This document shows positions 47,561-58,928 of a stretch of DNA of 64,000 bases, one piece after another (the stretch's first letter is position 1; the number at the start of each line of letters is the position of its first letter). Below the pieces are notes generated by a model. It did no database searches. It was given only the letters and a program-made list of their open reading frames with translations, and was not told where the DNA came from. The translations under genes and the position numbers were made by a program. Origin of the DNA: Amoebophrya sp. A120 (taxonomy: Eukaryota > Protista > Dinoflagellata); NCBI GenBank assembly GCA_905178155.1, contig CAJINV010000001.1, positions 3,091,675 to 3,155,674 of the forward strand, given 5' to 3'.

Positions 47561-48720
47561 TTACGGATTAGCGGTTACAGGAGGTACCAAGGCCGGCTCG
47601 TACAGGGTACCTGTACATGTGCCTTCTCGGTCGTACTTGCGCGTCCAGGTGTCCCCCCCGTCGTCCATGACCAACCAGTCCTCTTCGCCGTCCTCGAGAA
47701 CCCAGCCGGGGAAGTCAGCATCTGCCTCGCCCTGGTCCTGTCCAACAGAAGCGCGCGGTTCCAGAGAGACTGGACCACGACGACCCCTCGAGTCGCTTCC
47801 TGGCTTTCCGGGAGACGCAACGTCCCGCTCCTGCTCCTCCCGTTTCACCTCCCTATGCGCCGGCGGCAGATCCGAGGTGGTGCTCTTCTTTCCTCCCGCG
47901 CCGGCGATACTGCCGTTTTGCGAGGAAGAACTGGCGGAGCTCCTGCGGTTGCTACGGGACGATGGAGGATGCGCCGCAGCTGAACTTCCAGCGGTGCAGC
48001 CTTGATGCGCCACAGCTGAAGATGAACGTGGAGGATGCGCAACAGGGCCGGAGGATTCGGATTCCGCACCCCGCCTCTGTATCTGGTTAGAAATCCGTAC
48101 AGAACAAGTATCATTGATCACAATCACATGCAACAGCTGCAAATTTCCCTATGTATAAAAAGAAAGAGAACGAAAACAGGAACGACGCGCAGAAGCGCAA
48201 AACCAAAATCATAATGGCGCTGGTATGCGTATGAGAACTTCGTGATCATCATGCGTGTGAGTGCGATGGAGAAAGCTCGATCTTTGTAGTCACGCAAGCT
48301 AAGGCTCCATCCTTCGTGCTGAGACTGGCCAAGCTCTCGCTGCGTTGTACTTGCTCTTATCACGGCTGAAAGATGCCGAAGCCGAACGACGCACCCACAA
48401 TAATATGCTGGGCGCACCGAAACATAATCCTATACCTGTGGGTTCTGCGTACTCCTCGAAAAGATGCCAAACTGCGCCGGACCCTGTCGTGCGTCACGAA
48501 GTTTGGCGAGAAAATGTTCAGACGATTGTTGCGTTGTCCGGTCTCTGCGCCCACTCTTCCTTGCCGCGAACTCAGCACTAACTCGCTCTGCCTCCGTGGT
48601 AGGTGGCGCGCCGCTTCTATCGGACGAACCAGCAATTATGGCACCCTGGGCGAAAAAGGTATGAGGCGCCACAGTCGGCGCAGCAAGCAGGCAAAGCACA
48701 CGACGACTGAACGTCAACAT
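47561..48720 (-). CDS. Putative secreted orphan protein, paralog 1 (second exon ~47561-48082 tentative)
   Basis: MLTFSRRVLCLLAAPTVAPHTFFAQG leader; CAG/GTATAG at 48435 can splice in phase to ORF 47561-48142, or the protein ends QV* at 48430. Confidence 0.5.
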
Positions 48721-50190
48721 GATTGATCTCGCAAGCTCGGGGTAAACGTAAATGTATGATCTGTGTGTACCTTCTTTATTGTTAGTCCACGGGGGCGATA
48801 GAAATACTTGTTGGGAAAATAAATACAAGCTGAGAGGCAACGCCGACGGTGAGGCGACAGGTAGGCGAAGTAAAGCAATGTGCTGGTTATTTAATTGGTT
48901 TCGAACTCGATGGGAACAAGTAAGTACTTAATCCAAAATTTGTTGCTGGTTTTGTTTTATCCTAAACTTACACGAGTAAGCTTTTGATAGTCTATGCGTA
49001 CACGTAAGTGATCGGGACTGTGCTGTTCATTGATGTGATATCGTATGCATAATCATAACCCTCAATCCTTATCCTCACAGTTGGAAAATACAACTAGAAA
49101 CCATGCTGACGAGCTGAAGCTGAAGACCAAGCTTCCCATGGTAGGTACGTGGAGACAAAATTTCTGTCAATTTCGATCGCTGACCAATTCCTTCGAGGGA
49201 TCCACTGCGAAATAACCGAGGGTGAGGACTTACGACTTTGATTCTTCACATTTCATGGAATTTCTGGTCCTTTCTTGATCTTTGATCGTCCATTCCTGGC
49301 ATTGGTAACCGATAGCTTTATTCCATAAGTCACGTTCGTGGTTTTTTAGGATCAGCACGAGGAGACCATTCTATTGGATAATCACCATGCGCGGCACGAC
49401 AAATCTACCACTACCTGCACAAGTCCCGCTCGGCTGTCGTAGACAAGGGTGCAAGTTGCTTACTTTAACCAAGTGTGCACAAAAGCCCGAGAAAGTCAGA
49501 AAATGTACAAGAAGCAAGGTCAACAACGAACACGAGGAATAGGATACGCATTTACAGCGGAGAAGTAGTTCATCTTCAGATTCTATTGGTTGCGTTTTTT
49601 CGCGCGGAATATTGTGCAATTAAGTACTTCTACTTGTTATGTTGAGGACAAAACTTCACTTCACGGAGTTCGTGAGTCATCATACACGAGTTTTCGTGGT
49701 CGAAGTACGTACTTGACTTAACTTTACTTGATCGTTTCATCTTGCGTCCAGCGGCCTAACCATGTTTATTAGATGTTTTGGCACCTTTTGCAAAAAAGTA
49801 GTGCTGCGTTAGCGCGCACTCTGTTGCTGGTTGCGTTCAGCTCTGTCACGTGAACATTCCATAAACCTGAAAACTAACATGTGAATAAACAGCACGGTTC
49901 TAATAACAAGAATCGGCACAGAAGTATAAATCAATTACATGCAAATCCTCTAGAAAAGTACGAAAGCGTGGCACTGCAGCGCAGCAACATGATGGCATCG
50001 GTGTTAGAATTTCGTGATCATGCGTATATTAGGTGCAGTGGAGAAAGCTCAGCCTTTCTAGTCTGGCGAGCTAAAGCTCCATCCTTCGTGCTGAGACTGA
50101 CCAAGCTCCTTCCTTCGTGCTGAGACTGACGGCGCATCCACACTAATATCAATATTCATGATATCAGTGGGGGCGCAGCGAAAGATAATC

Positions 50191-50796
50191 CTACACCTGT
50201 GCGTTCTGCGTAGTCGGGAAGATATCAAAAGCCGCACCCTGTGTCTGTGTGACAGGAATAATGTTGTCGAGAAAATCTTCGGACGACTTTTTGGTTGAAC
50301 GTTTCTCTTTTCCACCCGTCCTTCCCGCGAATTCTCGGTTCGCGGCATCACGACGAGCTCGTTCTGCCTCCGCACGAACTCGCTCTTCCTCCGCACGAGC
50401 TCGCTCTTCCTCCGCTAGTCTAGCAAAATGATCCGCGGTCATTTCTTTGTCCAATTTTCCTCGAAGGTACTTCTCTCGCCACATCTGGTCCGCAGTCTCC
50501 CCGTTTTCGGCAAATTCCATCGAAACTTCGAAATCCTCCTGCAAATCGGCCAAATCGGCAGGGTCCTTTACTTGGAAGTAATCAAGAAACTCCTGATAGC
50601 GCGGGGGTGGCTTGCGGAAATGACCTAGGATGAGCGTTCCATCCTCTCCGTCATCCGTGGTAGGAGATGGCGCGTCGGGTTTATAATCGGACGAACCGGA
50701 AGCAGAAGTGACCATGACACCCTGCGCAAAAAAGCTATGAGGCGCCGCAGTCGGCGCAGCAAGCAGACAAAGAACACCACGCTTGAACGTCAACAT
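50191..50796 (-). CDS. Putative secreted orphan protein, paralog 2
   Basis: MLTFKRGVLCLLAAPTAAPHSFFAQG leader, EEERARAEEERVRAEAER repeat, same TQNAQV* end as paralog 1. Confidence 0.6.
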   Translation of the reverse strand: MLTFKRGVLCLLAAPTAAPHSFFAQGVMVTSASGSSDYKPDAPSPTTDDGEDGTLILGHFRKPPPRYQEFLDYFQVKDPADLADLQEDFEVSMEFAENGETADQMWREKYLRGKLDKEMTADHFARLAEEERARAEEERVRAEAERARRDAANREFAGRTGGKEKRSTKKSSEDFLDNIIPVTQTQGAAFDIFPTTQNAQV

Positions 50797-51716
50797 GATT
50801 GGTCTCGCAAGGTCCGGGTAAAACTGTGTCTCCTGTGTGTACGTTTTCTATGCGGCGGCGATAATTCAGTGAGAAATTGTTGGGAAAAATACAACAGGCT
50901 GAAAGGTGAGGCGACAGATGTTGGGCGAAATAAAGCAACGTGCTGGTCGTTAATTGGTTGCGAATCCGATGCGAAAAAGTTAGTTGTACTGGAGTAAGGC
51001 TGTGAGTAGTCTTTTCTATCCTACACGAGTATTAGTTTTCGATAGTCAATGTAAAATCAACCGGATATGGACGTACACATAAGTGATCGGGGATGCAATA
51101 CAGGTGTCTGTTCTGTTGTTCACATCGTATTCATAATCAAAACACTCTATCCTCACAGTTCGAGAATACAATCCAGGCTGAGCTGAAGCCCTAGTAGATC
51201 AAAGTTTCTATTTTACGTATGTAGAACAAAGAAAAGTTTCTGTAAATTTCGATCGCTGACCGATGTCTTCCAAGGATCCATTGCGAAGTAACCGAGCGGG
51301 GGTTTGATCAATAAAATTCCACGCAGGCTATGAATATGAAATTCCTGACCCTTTCTTGATCGCCCACTCCTCGCAACCGATAGCTGCATTTCGTAAGTAA
51401 CGATCATGGTTTTTTCGGATCAAGGCGAGGATATCATCCGATTACAACTGCCATGCTTACAAGTCTCTCTGCAGGCAAGTCAAAATTATCAGACGCGTGC
51501 ACTTTCTCGTGCTTCGTTACACTTTTGGCAACCGATAGCAGCTGTAGTGGTCAAGTCACATTCAAAGATTGATCAGGATCAGAGTGTGACGTTCCGACAC
51601 GATTGGGACCGCGACCGCCATGATGACTAAAAGAAATTAGGAACAGGAAAATTTCCGCTTATCGCATAAATCACCGCCGACAGCGAAACCATGGCGACAC
51701 GACCATAAAATCACTT

Positions 51717-54700
51717 TCAGGACACAACCTGCCTTCCCCTTACCCAAACTTGGCGCACATGGCGTTCATCGGAGAGATGGAGTAAGCGTTCCGCAACGAT
51801 CACGGGCAACTGGTCAGACGCGGCAATGTCGTCGTGTATTTTCGTTAGTAAATCCAAGTCTAGGAGGTGGTTCTTTTCGACGTCACGATGCAGCGGATCC
51901 TGCGTTCTTTGCAGCGACAAGTCGCTCTCGACATCTGTGTCGCCCGAGCACAGGCAGACTGCGTCGAATTCCATTCCAATCTCAAACGACCCGATGGTAT
52001 TCTCCATGCACACACATCTCGCCCCACCAACGGTGGCGAGGTGCAGAGCGGTCCAGATGGTTACTGTTGAAACATCTGTCCGCTCACCATCTGCTGCAAT
52101 TATTACCTTCGCAGAGCTCCCTGGCTCCACTACTGACGCCTCGCGAAGTTTTGAACTCGCTACACAATGCCGCATGCAGTTGTACATCGAGGGCGAGTAG
52201 CCCCCGGCGATGTCGGTTCCCAAGCCGATTGCGATGCTTTTCTCGCTGCTCCTCTCGCCGAACAGAAGGCGCTGCAAGGGGAGCGCCCCCTCTATCAAAT
52301 GCAAAAATGTCTGGGTCTGGAAGAATCCAACTTGTCATGCTGATTTCGGATTCTAAAAAAATCTGTATTGCATGAGCAGCAAAGAGAGTCCAAATTTTGC
52401 AGCACGGAAAGGGCATTTGTCATGCGCAATAGGCTTCAGGAAGCCCTCACAGAACCTGTGATGCTACGGCATGCATCACAGACTTGAGGAGTCATGCAAA
52501 ATGTGCATGACAAACCTGCCAATCTTCCAGACCCAGACACTTTTACATTGGATACCCTCGGCAAAGTAGCAATTTGAAAGTGGACAGTGGGCGATTTTTA
52601 CCTCGTGCTTTATCCTGAGTAAAAACATACCCACACCAGACCTGTAATGCAAATCTGCATGCTGAAAATGTTTCTCATGCGGAGCCCCATGACAAGCATT
52701 TTCTAGTCGTGTTTTGCAATTTGTCATGCTCCAATCAGCATGGTATGCTAGATCTGTGATGCTGCTGAGCTAGCTCAAACAGCACTATACTACGAATCCA
52801 AATTTGTCATGCAAAACAGACAAAACTTGTGGATTTGTCTAGCCGAATCCCCATCTTGACTCTGGTGTGGGTACGTTTTTCCTCGTCATATGCTTCCGCA
52901 CCAACTCAATCTCGTCGCCCGACATGTGCACGCAGTGGGCGGCAAGCAGCCTTCTGTTTTCCAGAAGTCCGCAATCCCGCAGCACCTGCGTGTCGTTTTC
53001 GTATTGATGTACTACTAAAGACGAGCAGCCCATGAACTGCGGTGCGCCTTCAGTGTCTTCCGCTTTTTTCTTCTCCGCGTTCTGGCCTTCCCAAATCGCT
53101 TTTGCGAACAGAACTTCATCCTTCGACTCTGTCACGTGGGTCTGAACCAAAACGTCCTTGTAAGAAGGGTTTTTCAACATTTTCCCCAACCCTTCCAGCA
53201 AAGCTTTGCTGCAACTGGGAATAAAGCGGGGCGTGATGACGGGCCTCGGAGTCACTGCGGTTATTTTCCCCTCGTGGCCAAAATTTTTCAAAAACGCTCT
53301 CTCACATTCGGCCGCATCATGATCCTCGTCGCTATTTTTAGCAGCAGCTCCCGCGTCTGAAATGAACACAGGATGTTGCAAAAATTCCTCCACTTCATGC
53401 AGGCTTGCCTCCACGTCACTACCCATCACATAATCTTCCCGCAGAGACATCTGGTCCAGCAAAACCTTTCCCACGAAAGCTCGCTGTCCCTGCTGCTTGC
53501 ACGTTTTGGCTAGCTCGATGGTGGGCTCCGTGTGCAACGTTGCGTAGTACACCGCTGTGGTTGTGCCGTTTCTCAGCAGCCTCTTCACCACTTTTGGATA
53601 AACCAGTTTTGCCGTCTTCTCGTTTTGAAAAGCAGCCTCGGTTGGGAACGCGAAATTGTGCAGAAACCCGTCCGGCGCCATCAGAGGCTTGGAGATATGG
53701 AACTGTCAGGATTGAAATCGTCAAAGTTGAAATGATTTGTGATGCATAGAACGCACGCCAGTTAGACCTACAGTTTGTAGTCGGTGCATGACAAAATTCC
53801 CCGGTCCTGGAAGCGAGTCTGTCATGCGGTTTAGGGCAAAAGAGCTGCCTGCTGTCATGCTAGTCAGCAGTCCAACTCTTGACCCTTGCCAGGACTATAA
53901 TCTGCCTCCCGTGCGTCCTCTGCAATAGAGGCAGTTTTTGCATCGCATTTTATGCATGACAAATCATTTCAACTCTGACGATTTCAATCCTGACAGTCCC
54001 ATAGGAGATCCCGGTACCGTAAAAGGGGTACTGGCTCGCGTGCATGTGGGTGTCGATGAGCCCGGGGTGGAGCATGCTGTACTCCGGCATATCAAGTGTA
54101 AAAATGTCTGGGTCTGGAAGAATGCATGTTTGTCATGCTTGTCTGGCATGACTCTTAAATCTGTCATGCACGTTGCTCAAGAGCTCCATTTTTCTGTGAT
54201 GCAGAAGCGCAGTTTGTCATGCGGAATTGGCAGCACCTAGAAGCTCAGAAACTTGTCATGCTGAGCCAGCACTTGTGGCCTCATCATGAGACGCCGCCCA
54301 GCATCACAAGTTTCCAGACCCAGACACTTTTGCATTTGATACGGCAGGAGCTGGAACGATTCAGTGTCGAATTCGGCAAGAAACGACTCGTAGCGCTGGA
54401 CCTCATCACCGATAAAATCAGGCTCTTCCTGACTGAGAAAATAATCGGCGAGAGCGAGGGCGTAAGCGAAAGTATTCTCGTCGTTGTTCCAAGAAGGGAG
54501 CGTGGCGAATTGCAGGCTATTAAATTTTTTCCAGAGTCTTGCGAATATTTCTTTTCTCACCCGCAGATCATCCGGATCGCTTTTCTTCGCGCCGTCTGTT
54601 GTATCTTTACAACCTTGGTATTGCCGCGCCAGTGTCAGAACGTTCTCTTTCTGTTCGTATTTTAGAACTCTGCTGATTTTGCCCGTGATCAAGTCGAATT

Positions 54701-54836
54701 GCAGGTAGCAGAAGAGTCGCGGCCCGAGGCGCACGTCGGGCACGTCCAAAATACACGATGTCGGATGCAGGGCAAAGAATGCAGCACTTGCTCCTCGTGG
54801 TTCTGTGCAGCGGGTTCTTGCTTCGAGAATAGTCAT
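51717..54836 (-). CDS. GDA: Guanine deaminase (amidohydrolase); 5 exons, all four introns are TIR introners
   Basis: Spliced protein has PGLIDTHMHASQY, LLRNGTTTAVYYAT, ITPRFIPSCS, QTHVTES, AAHCVH, AHCPLSN, GLGTDIAGG, IGSFEIGMEFDA. Confidence 0.9.
52293..52554. mobile_element. TIR introner, family A (262-bp class)
   Basis: TSD ccctc; TIR tatc.aatg.aaaa.tgtctgggtctggaaga; excision gives YFAEG-ALPLQ. Confidence 0.93.
52611..52890. mobile_element. TIR introner, family D (280 bp, inverted relative to 26372)
   Basis: TSD tgctt; TIR core aaaaac.tacccacaccaga; excision gives LVRKH-EVKIAHCP. Confidence 0.92.
53696..54003. mobile_element. TIR introner, family G (308 bp)
   Basis: TSD ggaga; about 43-bp TIR with 2 mismatches tatgg.actgtcaggattgaaatcgtca.agttgaaatgattt; excision gives GTGIS-KPLMAP. 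Confidence 0.93.
54090..54341. mobile_element. TIR introner, family A (252-bp class)
   Basis: TSD cggca; excision gives FQLLP-EYSMLHPGLID. Confidence 0.93.
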
Positions 54837-55254
54837 GACGATTGAACGGTGCGTGTTGCTTGCGGGTGAAAGTAGTAAATCAGGAGAATCGCAACGTCAA
54901 TAGGTTGCCCTAAAGGATTTCTGCGGCAGGTTGGTTCCGCAGGGGAGGCAGCACATACTTATCATTTGACGAGTTGCTTCGCAGAAGCAGAAAATGAAGA
55001 TCCAGGATCAGAAGAAACAGTGATCACCAGCTTGATCCAGAGATCGCTTCTCGTCCGTCACCTCTGTCGCAGCGTTGCCGCGATGAGAAAGTAACTGCAG
55101 CAAAATCTTAGTAGCTCTGAAGAAGTTACAAACACAAAATGACGGGAGAAAAAAGAACAACTTCAAGAACAGTCACTCGAGTTCGAAATCTCAGCCAGTA
55201 GGCGACAACACGCTGAAAAAATTATCGTGAGACTTTTCCTTCTTTTCCTCATTT

Positions 55255-58214
55255 TCACGGGATATCCAGTGCTTTCAGCGTTCGCAAAACGTCGTGGCAG
55301 TCTCTGTGCAGCATTTCCTCAGTAACGAGCTTGCTTTTCGCGAGCAGCTTTGGCCTATCAAATGTAAAAATGTCTGGGTCTGGAAGAGTCCATGTTTGTC
55401 ATGCGTGTCTGGCATGGCTCTCAAATCTGTCATGCACGTTACCCAAGAGCGCCACTTTTCTGTCATGCAGAAACGCAGTTTGTCATGCAGAATAGGCAAC
55501 ACCTAGAAGCTCAGAAACTTCTCATGCTGAGCCAGCACTTGTGGCTTCCTCATGATATGCCACCCAGCATCACAAGTTTCCAGACCCAGACATTTTTACA
55601 TTTGGTATGGCCCCACGCCGATGAAATGACAGCCGAATTCCCTAGCACCTAACAGATCCGAATCGCTATCCCCAACCATGACAATCTCGTCGGTGGCAAG
55701 AGGGCTATTTTTACTTGCAGTCTTTTCTAGCTCTTGGATGTGTAGTAGGTTCACAATTTTCATATTCACCACGTCCTTACTCGTTGCGAGCGGGAGTTTT
55801 CCAAAGCACCCGTCCAGGATTTTAGCCCAACGGCCGTTCTGGTACATGGTTACCATTTTCTGCAGATCCGATTCTGGGGTCAGAGAAGAGACGTAGATCT
55901 TTATCGGCTGTTCATCTTCAGGCAGGCTTGCTTGTTTTTCTTTCCTCTTCCTTTCCATTTCCGCCAGATACTGCAGCAGTTCTGTCGCCCCCGGAATTTC
56001 CTGCGCACGCCCGTCCGTCATCACTTCCAGGTAGATTCTGCTGTACTCGTTGGCGAGACTAGGGCCATCGAAGAGCTGAAACTCGTCGCCGTCCTCCTTC
56101 AAATCGCAGGGGGACCGCGGGGTTAACAGAAATTGGAGATTTCTCATCCTCTTCAGCTCCTCCTCGGTAGCGTTCTTCTTATTTGCCGGGCCGCGTAAAA
56201 TCGACTCGCACAGAAGTTCAAAGTGGTTGAAAAAGTGCACCTTGTTCAGAATTCGTGCGATTTCGTTGAAGAAGGTGTAGCGGTCGCCGGGCATCGTGGT
56301 GCGGATGTGCTCCATCAGGTCGTGAAGAATGAGGTAAATTTGTTCTTGGAACGCCGCTTGACTGCGGGACAGTGGGGCAGAGCTGAAGCTGTTCGTTTTC
56401 TTCACTTTGTCTTGACTGTTCGAGATCTTATTGCTGTTCGCCCCTCCACCGTCAGAGGCACGCTTCTCAGCCTTGTACACTAATCGGGAGTTGGACTCCA
56501 GATCGAGCGAGTTCCGGTCGGTGGGGTAGGCGAGGTCCCCAAAGTCGGCTACACTGGTGGCGTTTGGCAAGGGTCCGTTGTTCTGAAACCGTATGGCGCT
56601 CTCAAATGTTACATTCTCAACTGTTACATGATTTGTCATGCAAAATGACCATGATCCGCAAGACGATCAAGCTGCTTCGAATGACAAATCATCGAATGGC
56701 GAAACAGCATCTAAATCCGTGCCAAATTTGTGATGCAAGACTTGCAAGCTTTCCCCTTTCCCTATTGCTGGTTTTGCATGACAAATCCATGTAACAGCTG
56801 AGAATGTAACAGTTGAGAACGCCATAAACCGCTCGAGCAATTTCGGGGCGACCACGTCGCGCATCACAAAGAAGAAAATGTCGCGCTTCCACCGCTCGGA
56901 CTCCAGCAACGTATCGTCCATATCGAAAACGAAACAGCGGATCTTGCTCAGCACCGACGGCTTTTTGTCCACATCGGCGAGTTTGAGATCTTTCTCTTTC
57001 GAAGTTGTCTTTTTATGCTGCGTGTGCGTCGTCGAAACCGTTGTTTTCTCGGTACTAGTAGAGGAATTATCCACAGGCCTAATGTATTTGATAGTATCTG
57101 GCTCGAACCCGTGCAGGAAGAAGAAGTCTTTTTCTTCGTCAGGAAAAGCTGCTCGCTCCTCAGTTTCTTTCGCACCCGCGTGGCCCTTCGTCAGAACCTC
57201 TACTTCCAAATCGATGCCTTCTGCTGCTGTTGACGTAGTATCCTTATCCAAAGCTGGAGTTCGTTTTTCGCGAATAACATGCCCGACTACGCTGCCCGGA
57301 AGGACCACGTGCCTTTTGTGATACACTCGAAACCCGACAAGACTTCTGGCGCCGGCAGCTGCACTATCACCGCCGGTGGTGGTTCCGAGCATTTGCTTCC
57401 ATCTGGCAAGCGAATTTTCGAAGACCCCGTCTGCTGCCTGCGCAAGCCTCGAGGACGTTCCGTTACTTTCGGTCCCAGCTTCGAAAATCCTGCTGGAGGC
57501 GAGGAGGTCTTTGATTTCCATGCTGTGCGTTGGTGCCTTCATCGGAAGGTCTCCTCCAGTAGTGGCACCTCGCGAGGCTTGGCCCCCCGCAGCCGCGTTC
57601 GCCTCCTGCGTGTCCTCCTTGCGCCTGTAATTATGACACTCTTTGGATGTTGCGCCACAAATCTTTTGAACGATCAGTTCCGAGAGGAAACGAGCAGTCT
57701 TAGTGCATGACTGGAATTTAATACGCTTCAGTTGAAATCGTAGAAGAGCGCAAGGTCCTGCTGAACAGTCGAGCAAACCATTGACTTCCTTGTACCGTTT
57801 GCGCTCGGGAGCGCCAGCTACTTCGTCGTCCGGGCTCGCCTCCGCCGAAGGCTCGACTTTATTGTTCCTTCCAGCATGGTTCTGTTTAGTCGGCGTGTGA
57901 ACAGCCGCGGCAACCGCAACTTCTGCGGCCGAGTGGGTAAGCCGGTGCCACACGGCATGCACGAGCATGCGGAGAGTGGTGTCTCGGGAGACGGAAGTGA
58001 AGACCATTTTCTGTTCCATATTTTGCAGCTCAGCTATGACTCTCACCCGGACTTCGACGGCACCGTCTGGACCAGTGCTGAGGAGCTCCCGCGCCGCCGG
58101 TTTCTCGGTTTCGCCATCAGCGTCCTTTTTGTCAGCAAAAGTGGAGGAAGCTTTTGGAGCACCTCCAGGCGGCAACAATGGCTCACGCCAGAAAGTCTCG
58201 CGGTGCGATGTCAT
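55255..58214 (-). CDS. HAD-superfamily hydrolase with long N-terminal extension; 3 exons, both introns are introners
   Basis: FVFDMDDTL (motif I), IPGATELL, YVSS (motif II), MVGDSDSDLLGAREFG (motif IV); spliced C-terminus GVGPKLLAK...LDIP*. Confidence 0.82.
55356..55607. mobile_element. TIR introner, family A (252-bp class)
   Basis: TSD tggcc; closely similar to 54090-54341 over its whole length; right end ...ggta. Confidence 0.93.
56592..56826. mobile_element. TIR introner, family F (235 bp)
   Basis: TSD aaccg; same length and termini as 34796-35030; excision gives KLLERF-QNNGPL. Confidence 0.93.
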
Positions 58215-58928
58215 TTTGTTTCTGGTGGTGCATCAAAAGAATTAAGGCAAATGGAAGTCGCAGTACTCCAGAGAAGATTATACTCAAAGTTGTTTTCCGC
58301 TTTATTTGCACGGAATCCGATGCTTGAGAAAGAAATACAGACAAATGTCGGCTCCGCGACAGTAGAAGATGAACACCAAGGTCGCGTAGCAACAGCTAGG
58401 GTCGCAAGTTGGCGCATGAGCGAGCGGTAGTGTCGTGGCATATCATGCTTTGCGCAGTTGCGAAAGTTTATCGCTTGGGTTCGATTTTCACGTCTTTCGC
58501 ATGTTGAGTCTATTTGCGCTCCCTACGCAAATGCTCAACATGCTTCGTCGTTTTAGACAAAATTCAGTAGCCATAACCACCAGTCCAGGTACATCGCTTC
58601 AAGTAGTAGCATACGTATTTTGTACATTTGTAGATGTAGTTGCACTAGAGTACGTACGTGCATGCGTGTGTGTAGGGAGATCCCACATTGTACATTTTAG
58701 TGGCTGCGGAGTTATGATCCTACTGTAGGCTTCTGAGACTTTTTCTTTCACCGCGGTTAACTTTTCTCTGTTTGTTACGTAGGAATAGCAATGGGCGGCG
58801 AGCAGTAAGTATGTTCTTCTTGCCATGAAAAAGTGATACTGAGGGTCATATCATACCGTGAAAATATTTACTTTCATTTCATCTTCACAGAGTACAAAAA
58901 TTATGTTGGAACTATCGAATGAATAGTT

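Larger units (their letters stand above)
46730..51440. repeat. Diverged tandem segmental duplication (unit 1 ~46730-49370, unit 2 ~49420-51440)
   Basis: aagtcccgctcggctgtcgta, cacttcacggagttcgtgagtcatcat, ctccatccttcgtgctgagactg, tgaacgtcaacatgattg, aatttcgatcgctgacc all recur in the same order. Confidence 0.9.

Noticed and set aside
9145-58214. PEP mutase, aminotransferase, HAD and phosphatase as a phosphonate gene cluster
   Set aside because: They are tens of kb apart among unrelated housekeeping genes; AEP transaminases are class V whereas this one is class III; no phosphonopyruvate decarboxylase seen
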